A DNA stretch of 53,950 nucleotides. It comes from Alphaproteobacteria bacterium. GTDB taxonomy: Bacteria; Pseudomonadota; Alphaproteobacteria; CAAGCB01; CAG-977. The stretch lies in the NCBI GenBank assembly GCA_017539865.1, contig JAFYCE010000062.1, positions 1-53,950 of the forward strand, in the 5' to 3' direction. Each line of letters starts with the position of its first letter. Positions within the stretch are counted from its first letter, which is position 1. Under the pieces are notes generated by a model. That model did no database searches. It worked only from the letters and a program-made list of their open reading frames with translations, and was not told the DNA's origin. This document shows positions 31,021 to 41,171 of the stretch, one piece after another. The position numbers and the translations under genes are program-made.

Positions 31021-31287
31021 TTACGGCATCGGCCGATGGGAATGATTGACTTGTCCCGTATGGTGATGAACAACGTGGTGATGTTCTTGTTTGGCGGCTT
31101 TTTCATCTGTGATTTTATTCATATTCACGCTTTTCGTCCAAGCGTAAAAAACGCTCAGCACGCTGACAATCGTATAAGAATACCATGTAAACGTCATTTC
31201 ATTGTCGAACGATGTTCCCGCCCAAACGATAAACATCAGAAAAAAGAAAATCATCACAAAGTTTAAAACGAATTTTCCGAACTGCAT
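31021..31287 (-). CDS. Small two-TM membrane protein with His-rich tail
   Basis: Two hydrophobic segments, then EHHHVVHHHTGQVNHSH; RBS GGAAGGA. Confidence 0.65.
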   Translation of the reverse strand: MQFGKFVLNFVMIFFFLMFIVWAGTSFDNEMTFTWYSYTIVSVLSVFYAWTKSVNMNKITDEKAAKQEHHHVVHHHTGQVNHSHRPMP

Positions 31288-31466
31288 GAAGATCACATCC
31301 TTCCGTTTGGTACTATAATTCTTCGCCGCGCCGGAATAAAGCGAAAATATTCATGATTTTCAAAACGGATACGCCCGATTTCCTGAAAAAAAGATGGTAA
31401 TCGTTTCCGCCTGCTGTTACATTGAAGGAAAAAATTTCCGCATTCTTAAAGGAATCATTTCGACTT

Positions 31467-32972
31467 ATGCTGCGTTTAAAACACCTTCCGATCGACACCG
31501 GTAAAGAAAACATTGCCTTTATCAACAGACGGTGTCCCGAATATCAGACCGAAGACGGGGGCGGTTCATCCAATCGAATTGAAATACACGGCGGATTGCA
31601 GCCGCTGTTTGTCAGCATTTACGTTTGCGACGACGATTCGCTGGTCAGACCCGATGAAATCGCCTTGACCGATCAGGCGTTTCATCTGATCAACATGGCG
31701 GAAGGTTCGGAATTGGCGATTTCGCCTGCGACGGCTCCGGCCAGCATCGATTCCGTACGCCGGAAAATTCACGGAGGCATCCTGAGCGCGAAAGAATACC
31801 GCAGCATTATCACCGACTTGTCAACCTACCGCTATACACCGATCGAACTGGCGGCTTTTCTGGTGTCCAACGCCAGTTTCATGTCCCCGCAGGAAGTCCT
31901 GTCCATGACGGAAGCTTTGATTGAACACCGCCAGCCTGTCAACTGGGGAATCGATTTGGTCGTTGACGAACATTGCATCGGCGGCATTCCCGCCAACAGA
32001 ACGAAAATGATTGTCCTGCCGATAACCATCGCTTACGGATTGTGCATGCCGGGGACGACGACGCGCAGTGTGACCTCCTGTTCCAGCGCGGCGGATGCCA
32101 TGGAAGTCCTGACAAACGTCGAACTGTCCGAAGCCGAAGCCGGCAAAACCGTCAATGAAATCGGCGGATGTCTTGTTTTGGACGGACAACGGTTGGCGAT
32201 GTCCGCCACCGAAGATTTACTGATGAGTTTGGAACGCGCTTTAGGCATCAGCACGCCGCAGCAAATCGTCGCTTCCATCATTTCCAGTAAAATTGCCATG
32301 GGCATCACCCATCTGCTGGTCGACATTCCCGTCGGCAAAACGGCGAAGATACGCACGATGAGCGAAGCGATGAGCCTGCGCAAGCTGTTCGAATACGTCG
32401 GAGATATGCTGTCCATGAAAATCGACGTTATCGTCACGGACGGTTCCGAACCGGTCGGCAACGGCATCGGTCCCGTACTGGAAGCCAGAGATGTCATGAA
32501 AGTATTGCGCTGCCACGAGGATGCGCCGCAGGATTTACGTGAAAAAGCGCTGTTTATGGCCGGAAAGGTCTTGGAATTCGACCCGCAATTACGCGGCGGT
32601 CAAGGATACTATCAAGCGCGTGAAATTCTGGATTCCGGCCGCGCTCTGGAAGTCATGAGTCAGATCGTTCATGCACAAGGCAAACAAACGCCGCCGCCTT
32701 TGGGGCAGCTGACGCGGGATATCACCGCCCCGATGTCGGGCGTCATTTCCGAAATAGACGGACAGCAGCTGAACCGTATTGCGATGACGGCGGGAGCGCC
32801 GCATCAAAAAGGCGCGGGCATCGACTTAATGAAAAAAGTCGGCGATCAAGTCGAACAAGGCGAAGTCCTTTACCGCATCTATTCGTGCAAACCGACCTCT
32901 TTCGCTTTTGCCAACGGGTTGGCGGAAGGAGCGGACGGTTACACGATCATGTCTTCCGGCATCACGTATTGA
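31467..32972 (+). CDS. Thymidine/AMP phosphorylase family protein (DeoA-like, long N-terminus)
   Basis: HCIGGIPANRT, TDGSEPVGNGIGPVLEARDV, AGIDL..KVGD. Confidence 0.85.
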   Translation: MLRLKHLPIDTGKENIAFINRRCPEYQTEDGGGSSNRIEIHGGLQPLFVSIYVCDDDSLVRPDEIALTDQAFHLINMAEGSELAISPATAPASIDSVRRKIHGGILSAKEYRSIITDLSTYRYTPIELAAFLVSNASFMSPQEVLSMTEALIEHRQPVNWGIDLVVDEHCIGGIPANRTKMIVLPITIAYGLCMPGTTTRSVTSCSSAADAMEVLTNVELSEAEAGKTVNEIGGCLVLDGQRLAMSATEDLLMSLERALGISTPQQIVASIISSKIAMGITHLLVDIPVGKTAKIRTMSEAMSLRKLFEYVGDMLSMKIDVIVTDGSEPVGNGIGPVLEARDVMKVLRCHEDAPQDLREKALFMAGKVLEFDPQLRGGQGYYQAREILDSGRALEVMSQIVHAQGKQTPPPLGQLTRDITAPMSGVISEIDGQQLNRIAMTAGAPHQKGAGIDLMKKVGDQVEQGEVLYRIYSCKPTSFAFANGLAEGADGYTIMSSGITY

Positions 32973-33201
32973 CGTCTTTCCACAAATAAACCGCTCCGCA
33001 CGGCGATGAACAGCACTTTCCCGATTGGCAGCAAGAACAACCGCGGCAAGAGCCGCTTTCACGGATGATTTTCCCTTTGCGCTCCCAATGGGACAGCATT
33101 TGCTTTGCCGTATCCGCCGTCAAATCGAATTTCGCGGCCACATCCTGTAAAGAAACTCTTTTTTGTTTTTGAATATATTCTTTTATTTCAAGTAAAATCA
33201 T
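32962..33201 (-). CDS. feoC: FeoC-like winged-helix protein
   Basis: LLEIKEYI..WERKGKI followed by a Cys cluster CRGCSCC..C; downstream of feoB. Confidence 0.85.
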   Translation of the reverse strand: MILLEIKEYIQKQKRVSLQDVAAKFDLTADTAKQMLSHWERKGKIIRESGSCRGCSCCQSGKCCSSPCGAVYLWKDVNT

Positions 33202-35323
33202 CGCCGATTTTCTTTCCCGCAAGCCGCAAACCGGCAATAATCAAAGCTTCCGTTAAAAAAATCCCGACAATCCAGCCTGCCGAATAAGAAACATGCCGGC
33301 TTATAACCGCCGTTTGATAAAACAAGGTGGAAAGCAAATAGGCTTGTGTCGTCGTCCATAAAGCGACAATGCACGCCCATTTCAAACTGAATTCTTTGGC
33401 GACGGCGCCCAAAGCCGACAGACACGGCGTATAAAGCAGAATAAATAACAAATACGCGAAAGCCCCCGTCCGTCCGTCAAAAAACGCTGACAGCCTGTCC
33501 GTTGAAGAATCACCGGCGGCAATGTCGGCATATAAAGCGTCCAACGTTCCGATTAACGCTTCTTTTGCCATAACGCCGGTAAACAGTCCGACCGTCGCCG
33601 GCCAATTTTCTTTGGTAATCCCCATCGGTTCGAAAACCGGCGTGACAGACCGGCCGATAGAAGACAAAACGGAATGCTGCGGCGTTTCGGGAATGTAATT
33701 TCCTTTAAAATCGACCGCATTCATCAAATTCAAAACGACAACCAGAGGAACAATCAGCGCTCCGGCGCGAACAATAAAGCCGTGCAGTCTGTCCCACGTC
33801 CGGACAGCCATATTCTTCAGGGTCGGAATATGATACGGCGGCATTTCCAAAATCAAAGGCACCGGCTTTCCTTTAAACAGAGTCTTTTTAAATAAAACCC
33901 CCGTCAAAACCGCTATTGCGATTCCTATCATATACAGCCCGAAAACCGTTTCCGTTCCGTAATCGCTGAAAAAAGCCGTCGCGAATAACGCATAAACCGG
34001 CAGTCTTGCCCCGCAGGACATAAAAGGCGTCATCATCAGCGTTATCAGTCTGTCCCTTTTGGAAGACAAAATACGCGTTCCCATCACCGCCGGCACGGTA
34101 CACCCGAAAGCGACAATCATCGGCACGAACGCCGTCCCCGGCAATCCCAGCCCCCGCATCAGCTTGTCCATCACGAACGCGCCGCGGGACATATAGCCGG
34201 AATCCTCCAATGCGGACAGAAACAGGAATAAAAAGCCGATCGGCGGAATAAACGTAATCACCGTCGCCACCCCCCGACCGACGCCGGCGGACAGAAAAAC
34301 ATTCAGGCCTTCCGACGCATTCAAACGCTTCAACAGCGCTGAAAAACCGTCCACCAAATATGCGTCTCCGAAACCGGCGAGCGGCTCAATCAGCATATTG
34401 CCCAAAGTAATCGTCCACAAGAACATCAGATACATCATCAGCAAGAAAACGGGAATACCCGTATATTTTCCCAAAGCGATCCGATCCAGCCTTTCCGTAA
34501 TGCCTTGCGACAACCGGTCTTCATGTGTCACCAACCGTTTTGCCATTTCCGTAATGAACGCATAACGGCCATCCGCGATCAGCGTATCCGGTTCCTCTTG
34601 TCCGTTTTTTTCAAAAGAAAGACGCAAGGCATTGACCGTTGATGCGACATCCTGCGAACCGGCCACGCGGATATCCGCGTCCCCGTCCAGCAAATGCACG
34701 GCCAGCCATCGTTCCGACCATCCGTTTTTTTCCGCCGCCGGAGCGATAACGGGCAACAGTTGTTCCGCCGCTGTTTCAATTTCCGGCGGATAGGGAATCT
34801 TAAATGCTTGATTGATAGAGGGAACAGGCTGCAGAATCCTGTTTTTCAATTCTTTCACGCCCTTTGTTTTGGAAGCGATCATCGGTATGACCGGCACATT
34901 GAACAAACGCCCCAAAGCTTCGACGTCGATTTTAATTTTTGCCGCTTGCGCCGTATCCATCATATTCAGCACAAGAATGACGGGCAAATGCATTTCGAAC
35001 AGTTGGACGGTCATATATAAATTGCGCTCCAAATTGGAAGCGTCCAAAATGTTGATAACGCAATCGGGCTTGTTAAACAGCAAATAATCCCTTGCGATTT
35101 TTTCGTCTTGGGAAGTTGCGGATATGACGCTTAAAGAATAAACGCCCGGCAAATCGACGACTTCGATTTTTTTGCCGTCTTTTTCAAAAAAGCCCGATTT
35201 TTTTTCGACGGTCACCCCCGGCCAGTTGCCGACATACTGGTGAGCCCCTGTCAAGGCGTTAAAAATCGTTGTTTTGCCGCAATTCGGATTTCCGATTAAC
35301 GCAACCGTTTTATCAAAAGACAT
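33188..35323 (-). CDS. feoB: Ferrous iron transporter B
   Basis: GNPNCGKT, NWPGVTVE, DLPGVYS, NMMD, EDSGYM, MSCGARLP. Confidence 0.96.
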   Translation of the reverse strand: MSFDKTVALIGNPNCGKTTIFNALTGAHQYVGNWPGVTVEKKSGFFEKDGKKIEVVDLPGVYSLSVISATSQDEKIARDYLLFNKPDCVINILDASNLERNLYMTVQLFEMHLPVILVLNMMDTAQAAKIKIDVEALGRLFNVPVIPMIASKTKGVKELKNRILQPVPSINQAFKIPYPPEIETAAEQLLPVIAPAAEKNGWSERWLAVHLLDGDADIRVAGSQDVASTVNALRLSFEKNGQEEPDTLIADGRYAFITEMAKRLVTHEDRLSQGITERLDRIALGKYTGIPVFLLMMYLMFLWTITLGNMLIEPLAGFGDAYLVDGFSALLKRLNASEGLNVFLSAGVGRGVATVITFIPPIGFLFLFLSALEDSGYMSRGAFVMDKLMRGLGLPGTAFVPMIVAFGCTVPAVMGTRILSSKRDRLITLMMTPFMSCGARLPVYALFATAFFSDYGTETVFGLYMIGIAIAVLTGVLFKKTLFKGKPVPLILEMPPYHIPTLKNMAVRTWDRLHGFIVRAGALIVPLVVVLNLMNAVDFKGNYIPETPQHSVLSSIGRSVTPVFEPMGITKENWPATVGLFTGVMAKEALIGTLDALYADIAAGDSSTDRLSAFFDGRTGAFAYLLFILLYTPCLSALGAVAKEFSLKWACIVALWTTTQAYLLSTLFYQTAVISRHVSYSAGWIVGIFLTEALIIAGLRLAGKKIGDDFT

Positions 35324-35332
35324 TTTCCATCC

Positions 35333-35587
35333 TCAAGCCGCGTCGGAAATCGAAATCAAAGCCGCCTCTTCGCGCCGCAAAGAAATCAAATAACCGCGTA
35401 TTTGAATTTCGACAGGATCCCCCAACGGAGCCACACGCACCACTTTAAAGGGCGTCCCCGGCGTGATTCCCATTGCCAACAACTTTTTACGATAAGAATC
35501 CTTTCCTTTGAAAAAACCGGCGACGACAGCGCGGTCGCCCGCTTTCAATGCCGTAAATCCGTTCAATACGCCTTCTTCTTTTTCCAT
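35333..35587 (-). CDS. feoA: Ferrous iron transport protein A
   Basis: RKKLLAMGITPG, APLGDP, SLRREEA. Confidence 0.93.
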   Translation of the reverse strand: MEKEEGVLNGFTALKAGDRAVVAGFFKGKDSYRKKLLAMGITPGTPFKVVRVAPLGDPVEIQIRGYLISLRREEAALISISDAA

Positions 35588-35726
35588 AAGTTTTCCCAAT
35601 CAAACATTTCTAATGGTCGTATGTTATCACGCTCTAAAAAAAAAGAAAAGCCGTCTTTTGATTCTTGCAAAAAGAAACAGAGTTTTTTAACCTGACTGAT
35701 AATGTTTGTTGATAGCAAGGCGCATC

Positions 35727-37628
35727 ATGCTGATTGAATTGGCTCATTACACTCTTTTGTTTGCTTTAACGGTTGTGGGATTGCAGACGTTTTTGCTTTG
35801 CCCGACGTTATGGTCCGGCGGCTCCGCCGTAACAATCAAGCTTGGATTTCGGGGAATTTTTTTTACGGCCGGACTTTTACTGTTTTCGTTTTTTACGCTT
35901 TTATCGGGTTTTGCGGCGCATGATTTTTCATTAGCCGTTGTTTTTGAAACCTTTGATTCAGGAACATCGCCGTTTTATGCCTTACAGGCTTTTTGTTCCG
36001 CCAGAGAAGGCCTTTTCTTTACGTTCATCATTCTTTTCACGATTGTACTGCTGTCCGGTTTTTCCAAACGCGATCTGGCGACATATCAAGAGCGAGGACG
36101 ATATTTGTTTTCCGGCGGATTTTTGATTTTCTCATGGATTGTTCTGATGTTGGCGACCGCCGATCCTTTCATCCGTATAGAAGATCCCCCCTTTGAAGGA
36201 ATCGGTTTTAACCCCGAATGGCGCCCGCCGCATCAAATCCTTTTCATATTGTTTTCGTTTTTGATGTGCGCCTGCCTGACGGTTTCTTTCATCAAGATGC
36301 TCTGTATTTATTCAAAAGGCCGGCAATTCGTCCGCCCTGTTTTATGTGCAAATTTGATTGCCGCGATTTTAACGGCCTGCGCGTTGGGGATTGAATTGAT
36401 GACCGGTTTTGCGACCGTCGGGAACGGAACATTGTTTCAATGGACGCCGGCAAACGGTCTGTTGTTGTCCGTTACATTGCTGACGACGGGACAAACGGTT
36501 CTGTTGTTTTTTTGTTCAGCCGCTCCGGTTTTCATTAACTGGATTATTTTTTCCTCTTTTCTGGCGACGGTTTTTTCAAACGCCTATTTTTTAACCATTG
36601 AATACAGATTGTTCACCCAATCGAATGAAGAGACTTATTTTCCCAATCCCGTAGCAGCGATTTGCGCCTTAGCGGGAATCATTTGTTTTTTGCTGTTTCT
36701 GAATTCGGTAACCTTGAAAAAAAGATTCAAAGAAATCGGTTTTTCCGTTTTTTCACGGGAAAGCTTTACCGGCTTGGCTTTTGCGGGATTGATGGCAGCG
36801 GCTTTCAGTATCGGTTCTTTGTCGTTATTACCGGCTTTATTCATGTTTTTGCCCGATTTGCCGTTAAGGCTGTTGCCCGCATTAACGCAAAAAACCCTGT
36901 TCATAACGACGGCTTTTTCTTCCGTTTTCTTTTTCATCGCTTGCAGCCGCAAATCGCGCTTGAACGGTTGGGCGGATTTTAATAAAAGAAGCGCAAAAAT
37001 ATTTTCCGGTCTTGTTTTGATTTTGGCTGTTTTTTGTTTTTATGCTTTTCCGGAAGGCGGAAAAATAATCGCTTACACTTTGCCTTCCGTTTTGCTTTTA
37101 GGTGCGTTTGCCGTCCGTACTCCGGTAATCATTCCCTCCTCCGCTTCCGAAGTTCTTAATTTGCTGAAAACCGTTCCGGCAGTCAAATACGGTCTTTTTT
37201 TCTGTGTGACGGGATTCTTTATTTTTTCGGCGATGATCGCTTGCGCTTCGTTGAATCGAACCGAAACGACAACAACGTTAAAACTTCCGGAAACAACGGT
37301 CGGGAATTTTCCCTGTTCCGTTGAACAGATGACGGAAAAAGCGGCGAATGCGTCCGCCCGATACCGTTTGGTTTGTCCCGCTGCGTTGCAGCTTCTGTCG
37401 GGCGATTTGAATTTTCAATGGCGGGAAAACGAACTGAAAGCAAGCTTTTTGCAAACAGAACGTTTTTCAATACGGCTTATCCGGATCGATCAAACCGCGG
37501 AAGATACATTACGTCTGCACGTTTTTCACTATCCGACATTGCAGTCAGCCGGCTCGGGCGTTTTTTTAATTTGTCTGGGACTGTTTTTTTTGCTGTTTTC
37601 CGTTAAAAAGGAGACGGCCGCATTATGA
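35727..37628 (+). CDS. ccmF: Highly divergent CcmF-like membrane protein
   Basis: N-terminus MLIELAHYTL, HDFS, REG, DPF..EGIGFNP align with CcmF; first gene before ccmG/H/I; WWD motif not conserved. Confidence 0.65.
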   Translation: MLIELAHYTLLFALTVVGLQTFLLCPTLWSGGSAVTIKLGFRGIFFTAGLLLFSFFTLLSGFAAHDFSLAVVFETFDSGTSPFYALQAFCSAREGLFFTFIILFTIVLLSGFSKRDLATYQERGRYLFSGGFLIFSWIVLMLATADPFIRIEDPPFEGIGFNPEWRPPHQILFILFSFLMCACLTVSFIKMLCIYSKGRQFVRPVLCANLIAAILTACALGIELMTGFATVGNGTLFQWTPANGLLLSVTLLTTGQTVLLFFCSAAPVFINWIIFSSFLATVFSNAYFLTIEYRLFTQSNEETYFPNPVAAICALAGIICFLLFLNSVTLKKRFKEIGFSVFSRESFTGLAFAGLMAAAFSIGSLSLLPALFMFLPDLPLRLLPALTQKTLFITTAFSSVFFFIACSRKSRLNGWADFNKRSAKIFSGLVLILAVFCFYAFPEGGKIIAYTLPSVLLLGAFAVRTPVIIPSSASEVLNLLKTVPAVKYGLFFCVTGFFIFSAMIACASLNRTETTTTLKLPETTVGNFPCSVEQMTEKAANASARYRLVCPAALQLLSGDLNFQWRENELKASFLQTERFSIRLIRIDQTAEDTLRLHVFHYPTLQSAGSGVFLICLGLFFLLFSVKKETAAL

Positions 37629-38167
37629 AATGGTACGGTTTTATCTTCATCTTTTTAGTCGTTTCCGTTTTTTGCAACCTTTTCTATTCGGTTCGCCTGA
37701 ATTACACGACCGGAAATGCGATGACGGTTAAATCCTTTCCTTTACCTGAAGGGGAACTGGCCATTCTCGGACGTTCGGAAGACGCCGTACTCTCGGCTAA
37801 GACAATGCCGAAACAGCCGCTTCTTTTATTTTTCTTCGCTTCATGGTGCCGCCCCTGTGTAACGGAAGCTCCCGTTATAGCAAAATTGGCTGAAAGACGG
37901 GACGTTCCGTTTATCGGGATTGCCGTTCGCGATGATCCGGAAAAGCTGAGAGCTTTTTTAAAAAAAGCAAAGGAGCCGTATCAATTCGTCGCGCTGGATT
38001 CCCGAACGCAATGGACAGCCGCCATGCACGCCGACTTTTTGCCGACCGCATTCATTCTGGACGGCAACGGCACGGTTGTCGCCAAAATCGACGGCGTTTT
38101 GACTGAAGAGTTCTATTTCAGAACCGTTTTACCGTTTTTACAGGAGCTGAAAAATGAAACGCCTTAA
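37625..38167 (+). CDS. ccmG: CcmG/DsbE-like thioredoxin
   Basis: N-terminal TM; FFASWCRPC; LPTAFILD. Confidence 0.8.
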   Translation: MKWYGFIFIFLVVSVFCNLFYSVRLNYTTGNAMTVKSFPLPEGELAILGRSEDAVLSAKTMPKQPLLLFFFASWCRPCVTEAPVIAKLAERRDVPFIGIAVRDDPEKLRAFLKKAKEPYQFVALDSRTQWTAAMHADFLPTAFILDGNGTVVAKIDGVLTEEFYFRTVLPFLQELKNETP

Positions 38168-38543
38168 GATTTTAAGTTTATTTCTTTTTTTGTTGTTTCC
38201 TTCACAAAGCCTTGCAGACGGCGATCCGTCCGTTGAAACCGAAGCACTGGAAATAGCCGACCGGCTGCGCTGTCTGGTTTGTTCTGACGAAAACATTGAA
38301 ACGGCGCAGGATGAAACCGCCAAAGACATGCGCTTTTTCATACGCCGCCATCTGGCGGACGGCAAAACGCAGGATATGGTTGTACATTTATTATTGGCAC
38401 AATACGGAGAAATGATTTCTTTAGAGGACGCCCCCTCTCCGACGACCGGAAATGAAGAAACGTTTATCGCTCTTTCCTTTTTGTCTTGTTTTGCGGCAAT
38501 GGGCTTTTATATTTTCCGCCGGTCGCGGAATTTCAAAGCATAG
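38154..38543 (+). CDS. ccmH: Cytochrome c biogenesis protein CcmH
   Basis: LRCLVC, AKDMR, QYGE, C-terminal TM. Confidence 0.85.
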   Translation: MKRLKILSLFLFLLFPSQSLADGDPSVETEALEIADRLRCLVCSDENIETAQDETAKDMRFFIRRHLADGKTQDMVVHLLLAQYGEMISLEDAPSPTTGNEETFIALSFLSCFAAMGFYIFRRSRNFKA

Positions 38544-38552
38544 AGGCATATC

Positions 38553-39278
38553 ATGGTTTTGTTTCTGACAACTTTGCTTTTATTGACCATCGGCGCGTTA
38601 AGCTTATTCATCTTTCCGATTTTGCCGCTGAATCGAGGACACGGAAAAGACAAACGGGCAAAGTTGATTTACATTTGTTTTGTTTTCTTTCTTTTCGCCG
38701 TTTTGGTTCCTGTTCTTTACGGATGGCGCGGAAAAGCGTTGATGCCGGATTATCCGCTGGCTTTCCGCGACACTTTGCAAGCGGAAGAAAAAACACACTT
38801 AATGGCTAAAGTCCGCCGAATGGAAAAATATTTGGAAGCCTATTCCGATGATGAGATCGTCTGGCGACATCTGGCACAGGCATACCGTTCGGCCGGTTAT
38901 TACGACAAAGCGGCGACAGCATATCGAAACGCCATAGAATGGGGCATTCCCGAAGACATTTCCGGTTGGCATTCTTTAGCGGAAACGTTGATTCAAGCAA
39001 ACAACGGACGAATCACCGGCGAAGCGCAAAAAGCGTTGGAAAACGTTCTGCGTTATCGGCCGGACGATCCGAAAGCGATTTATTTTCTGGGATTGGCGCG
39101 ACTGCAAAACAAAGAACCGCAAAAAGCGCTGGCGCTGTGGCGGCATCTGGAGCAAACGCTGTCCGGCGAAGATCCGTGGCTGACAGTCATTCACGAAAGA
39201 ATCGCCTTTTTGCAGAAAACATTGCGGACAGATGCTCGCGCCATCAAGCCGCAAGCCCCTCTTCCGGTGATAAAATAA
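38553..39278 (+). CDS. ccmI: CcmI/CycH-like TPR membrane protein
   Basis: Two N-terminal TMs, then TPR helices (WRHLAQAY, AIYFLGLA, ALALWRHL). Confidence 0.75.
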   Translation: MVLFLTTLLLLTIGALSLFIFPILPLNRGHGKDKRAKLIYICFVFFLFAVLVPVLYGWRGKALMPDYPLAFRDTLQAEEKTHLMAKVRRMEKYLEAYSDDEIVWRHLAQAYRSAGYYDKAATAYRNAIEWGIPEDISGWHSLAETLIQANNGRITGEAQKALENVLRYRPDDPKAIYFLGLARLQNKEPQKALALWRHLEQTLSGEDPWLTVIHERIAFLQKTLRTDARAIKPQAPLPVIK

Positions 39279-39286
39279 AAAGGGAA

Positions 39287-41008
39287 TCAAACACCTGCGC
39301 CGGCCGTCGGCAAAGATGCGTTCAAAGTATTTTCCTGACGCAAAACAGCCGCTGTTTCACGGATGCGATCTTCATCGCCGTTCAGACTGAGAATGGTCGC
39401 CGCCGCCAGACGGATGCCGCATTCCTGCGTTTCGGAAATAACCCCCGTCGCCCCCAAACGTACCAATTCCCCCCAACGCGTGTCATCATTGCACCGGATA
39501 AAAACGGGAATGGTCTTGGAAACCTCGCGAACGGCCTGCAATACACGAATTGCGGACGGCAGACCGCTGATACAAATCATGACGGCCTTGGCTTTTGAAA
39601 TGTTGGCGGCCTCCAAGATACGGACATGCCCCGCATTCCCGAACAAATAATCCCTGTTGTTTTTCTTGGCGCGTTCGATATGGGAAACGTCGGTATCCAT
39701 AACCAAAAACGGAATCTCGTTGCGTGTCATCATGCGCGCGGCGGCCTGACCGACCCGACCGTAACCGATCAGCAACACATGATTTTCCAGCTCTTTTTCC
39801 CCGTCGATATCCTCCGGAACAGCGGCATTTTTTGCCGCATCCTGTTCCGCGCGCTCCTTATCCAACCGTTTTAAAACAAAAGAGCTGACAAACGGCGTCA
39901 ACGACATGGATAACGCGATGACAACCTGTAGCATTGAAGAAACCTGTATGCTGATTAAATGGAAATTCTGCGCGGCCAGATTAAACACGACAAAACCGAA
40001 TTCACCGGCCTGACACAAAAAGACGGAAGAAGTCACTGCGCCGCTACGGTCGACTTTCATCCGGCGCTCAATCGCGTAAAGAAGAATGAATTTAGCCCCC
40101 ATAACGCCGATGGTCAGCAAAGCAATTTGAACAATATGTTTCCAAGCATAATGAATATCGATCATCATGCCGACGGACAGGAAGAAAATCCCTAAAAGCA
40201 TGCCGCTGAAAGACGCGATCTCCGCTTCGACTTCATGTCCGAAATCGGTTTCGGCGATCAACATCCCTGCCAGAAAAGCCCCTAAGGAAATCGACAATCC
40301 CGCCATATTCGTCGCCCAAGCCGTCGCCAGAAACGTAAAGAAAACGACCGCTGTGAACGCTTCGGAATTTTTAGTGGAAACGACAATGCGGAACAAAGGT
40401 TTGACCAACATACGGCCTATAACCATAATCAGGGTCACCGCCCCGACCGCCTGCGTAAAAGCTTGCGATAAACTGCCGATTGTCGTAGCGTCCGTTTGCG
40501 CCATACGCGGTAACAAGACCATAATCGGAATAACGGCCAGATCCTGCATCAGCAGAATACCGACCGTTGCACGGCCGGCGCCGGTATGCAGTTCGCCGCG
40601 TTCCTGCATCAAGCGCAAAGCGATGGCCGTGGAAGACATAGCCAAGCCCAATCCGATGATGACGGCTTCGTTCAACGTTCTGTGCATAAAGAAAGCCGCC
40701 GTTCCGATAATGGCCGCCGTCACGAACAGCTGCAAACAGCCGAATCCGAAAATATACAAACGCATGGCTTTGAAGCGGTGAAACGACAAATCAAGTCCGA
40801 TAGTGAACATCAAAAACAACAAACCGACTTCACCGACGTTTTCGGTAACGTCCATATCGTTGATCATCCGCAGACCGTGAGGTCCCAAAACGATTCCGGC
40901 GACAATAAACGCCAGCAAGGGATTGACCTTCAGCCGGAAAAAAATAGGAATGAAAATGACAACGGCTGCTAAAAACGCCAGTATTTCCCAGACTTGATCT
41001 CCACTCAC
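39287..41008 (-). CDS. kefC: CPA2/Kef-type monovalent cation:proton antiporter with KTN (RCK) domain
   Basis: AMSSTA, LLMQD, SLGAFLAG, QAGEFGF, IGYGRVG; GTG start. Confidence 0.85.
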   Translation of the reverse strand: MSGDQVWEILAFLAAVVIFIPIFFRLKVNPLLAFIVAGIVLGPHGLRMINDMDVTENVGEVGLLFLMFTIGLDLSFHRFKAMRLYIFGFGCLQLFVTAAIIGTAAFFMHRTLNEAVIIGLGLAMSSTAIALRLMQERGELHTGAGRATVGILLMQDLAVIPIMVLLPRMAQTDATTIGSLSQAFTQAVGAVTLIMVIGRMLVKPLFRIVVSTKNSEAFTAVVFFTFLATAWATNMAGLSISLGAFLAGMLIAETDFGHEVEAEIASFSGMLLGIFFLSVGMMIDIHYAWKHIVQIALLTIGVMGAKFILLYAIERRMKVDRSGAVTSSVFLCQAGEFGFVVFNLAAQNFHLISIQVSSMLQVVIALSMSLTPFVSSFVLKRLDKERAEQDAAKNAAVPEDIDGEKELENHVLLIGYGRVGQAAARMMTRNEIPFLVMDTDVSHIERAKKNNRDYLFGNAGHVRILEAANISKAKAVMICISGLPSAIRVLQAVREVSKTIPVFIRCNDDTRWGELVRLGATGVISETQECGIRLAAATILSLNGDEDRIRETAAVLRQENTLNASLPTAGAGV

Positions 41009-41108
41009 TTGCGTTCCCCCGAAAATAGAATCCTACTTTTTGTTATAAAATAAATTTGCTAAAAAAACAATAATTTAAAGGGGATAGATGAATTTTTTTC
41101 AAATTGCA

Positions 41109-41137
41109 TTGACGGTTTGCTTTCACTTTGGCATGAT
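41109..41137 (+). promoter_or_regulatory. Sigma70-type promoter of ihfB
   Basis: TTGACG-17 nt-CATGAT; RBS GGAGGT. Confidence 0.5.
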
Positions 41138-41171
41138 GATAAATGATTTTTTTCATCAGCGGAGGTGAACA

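Noticed and set aside
35590-35705. Fur box expected upstream of feoA
   Set aside because: No convincing GATAATGATAATCATTATC-like palindrome visible
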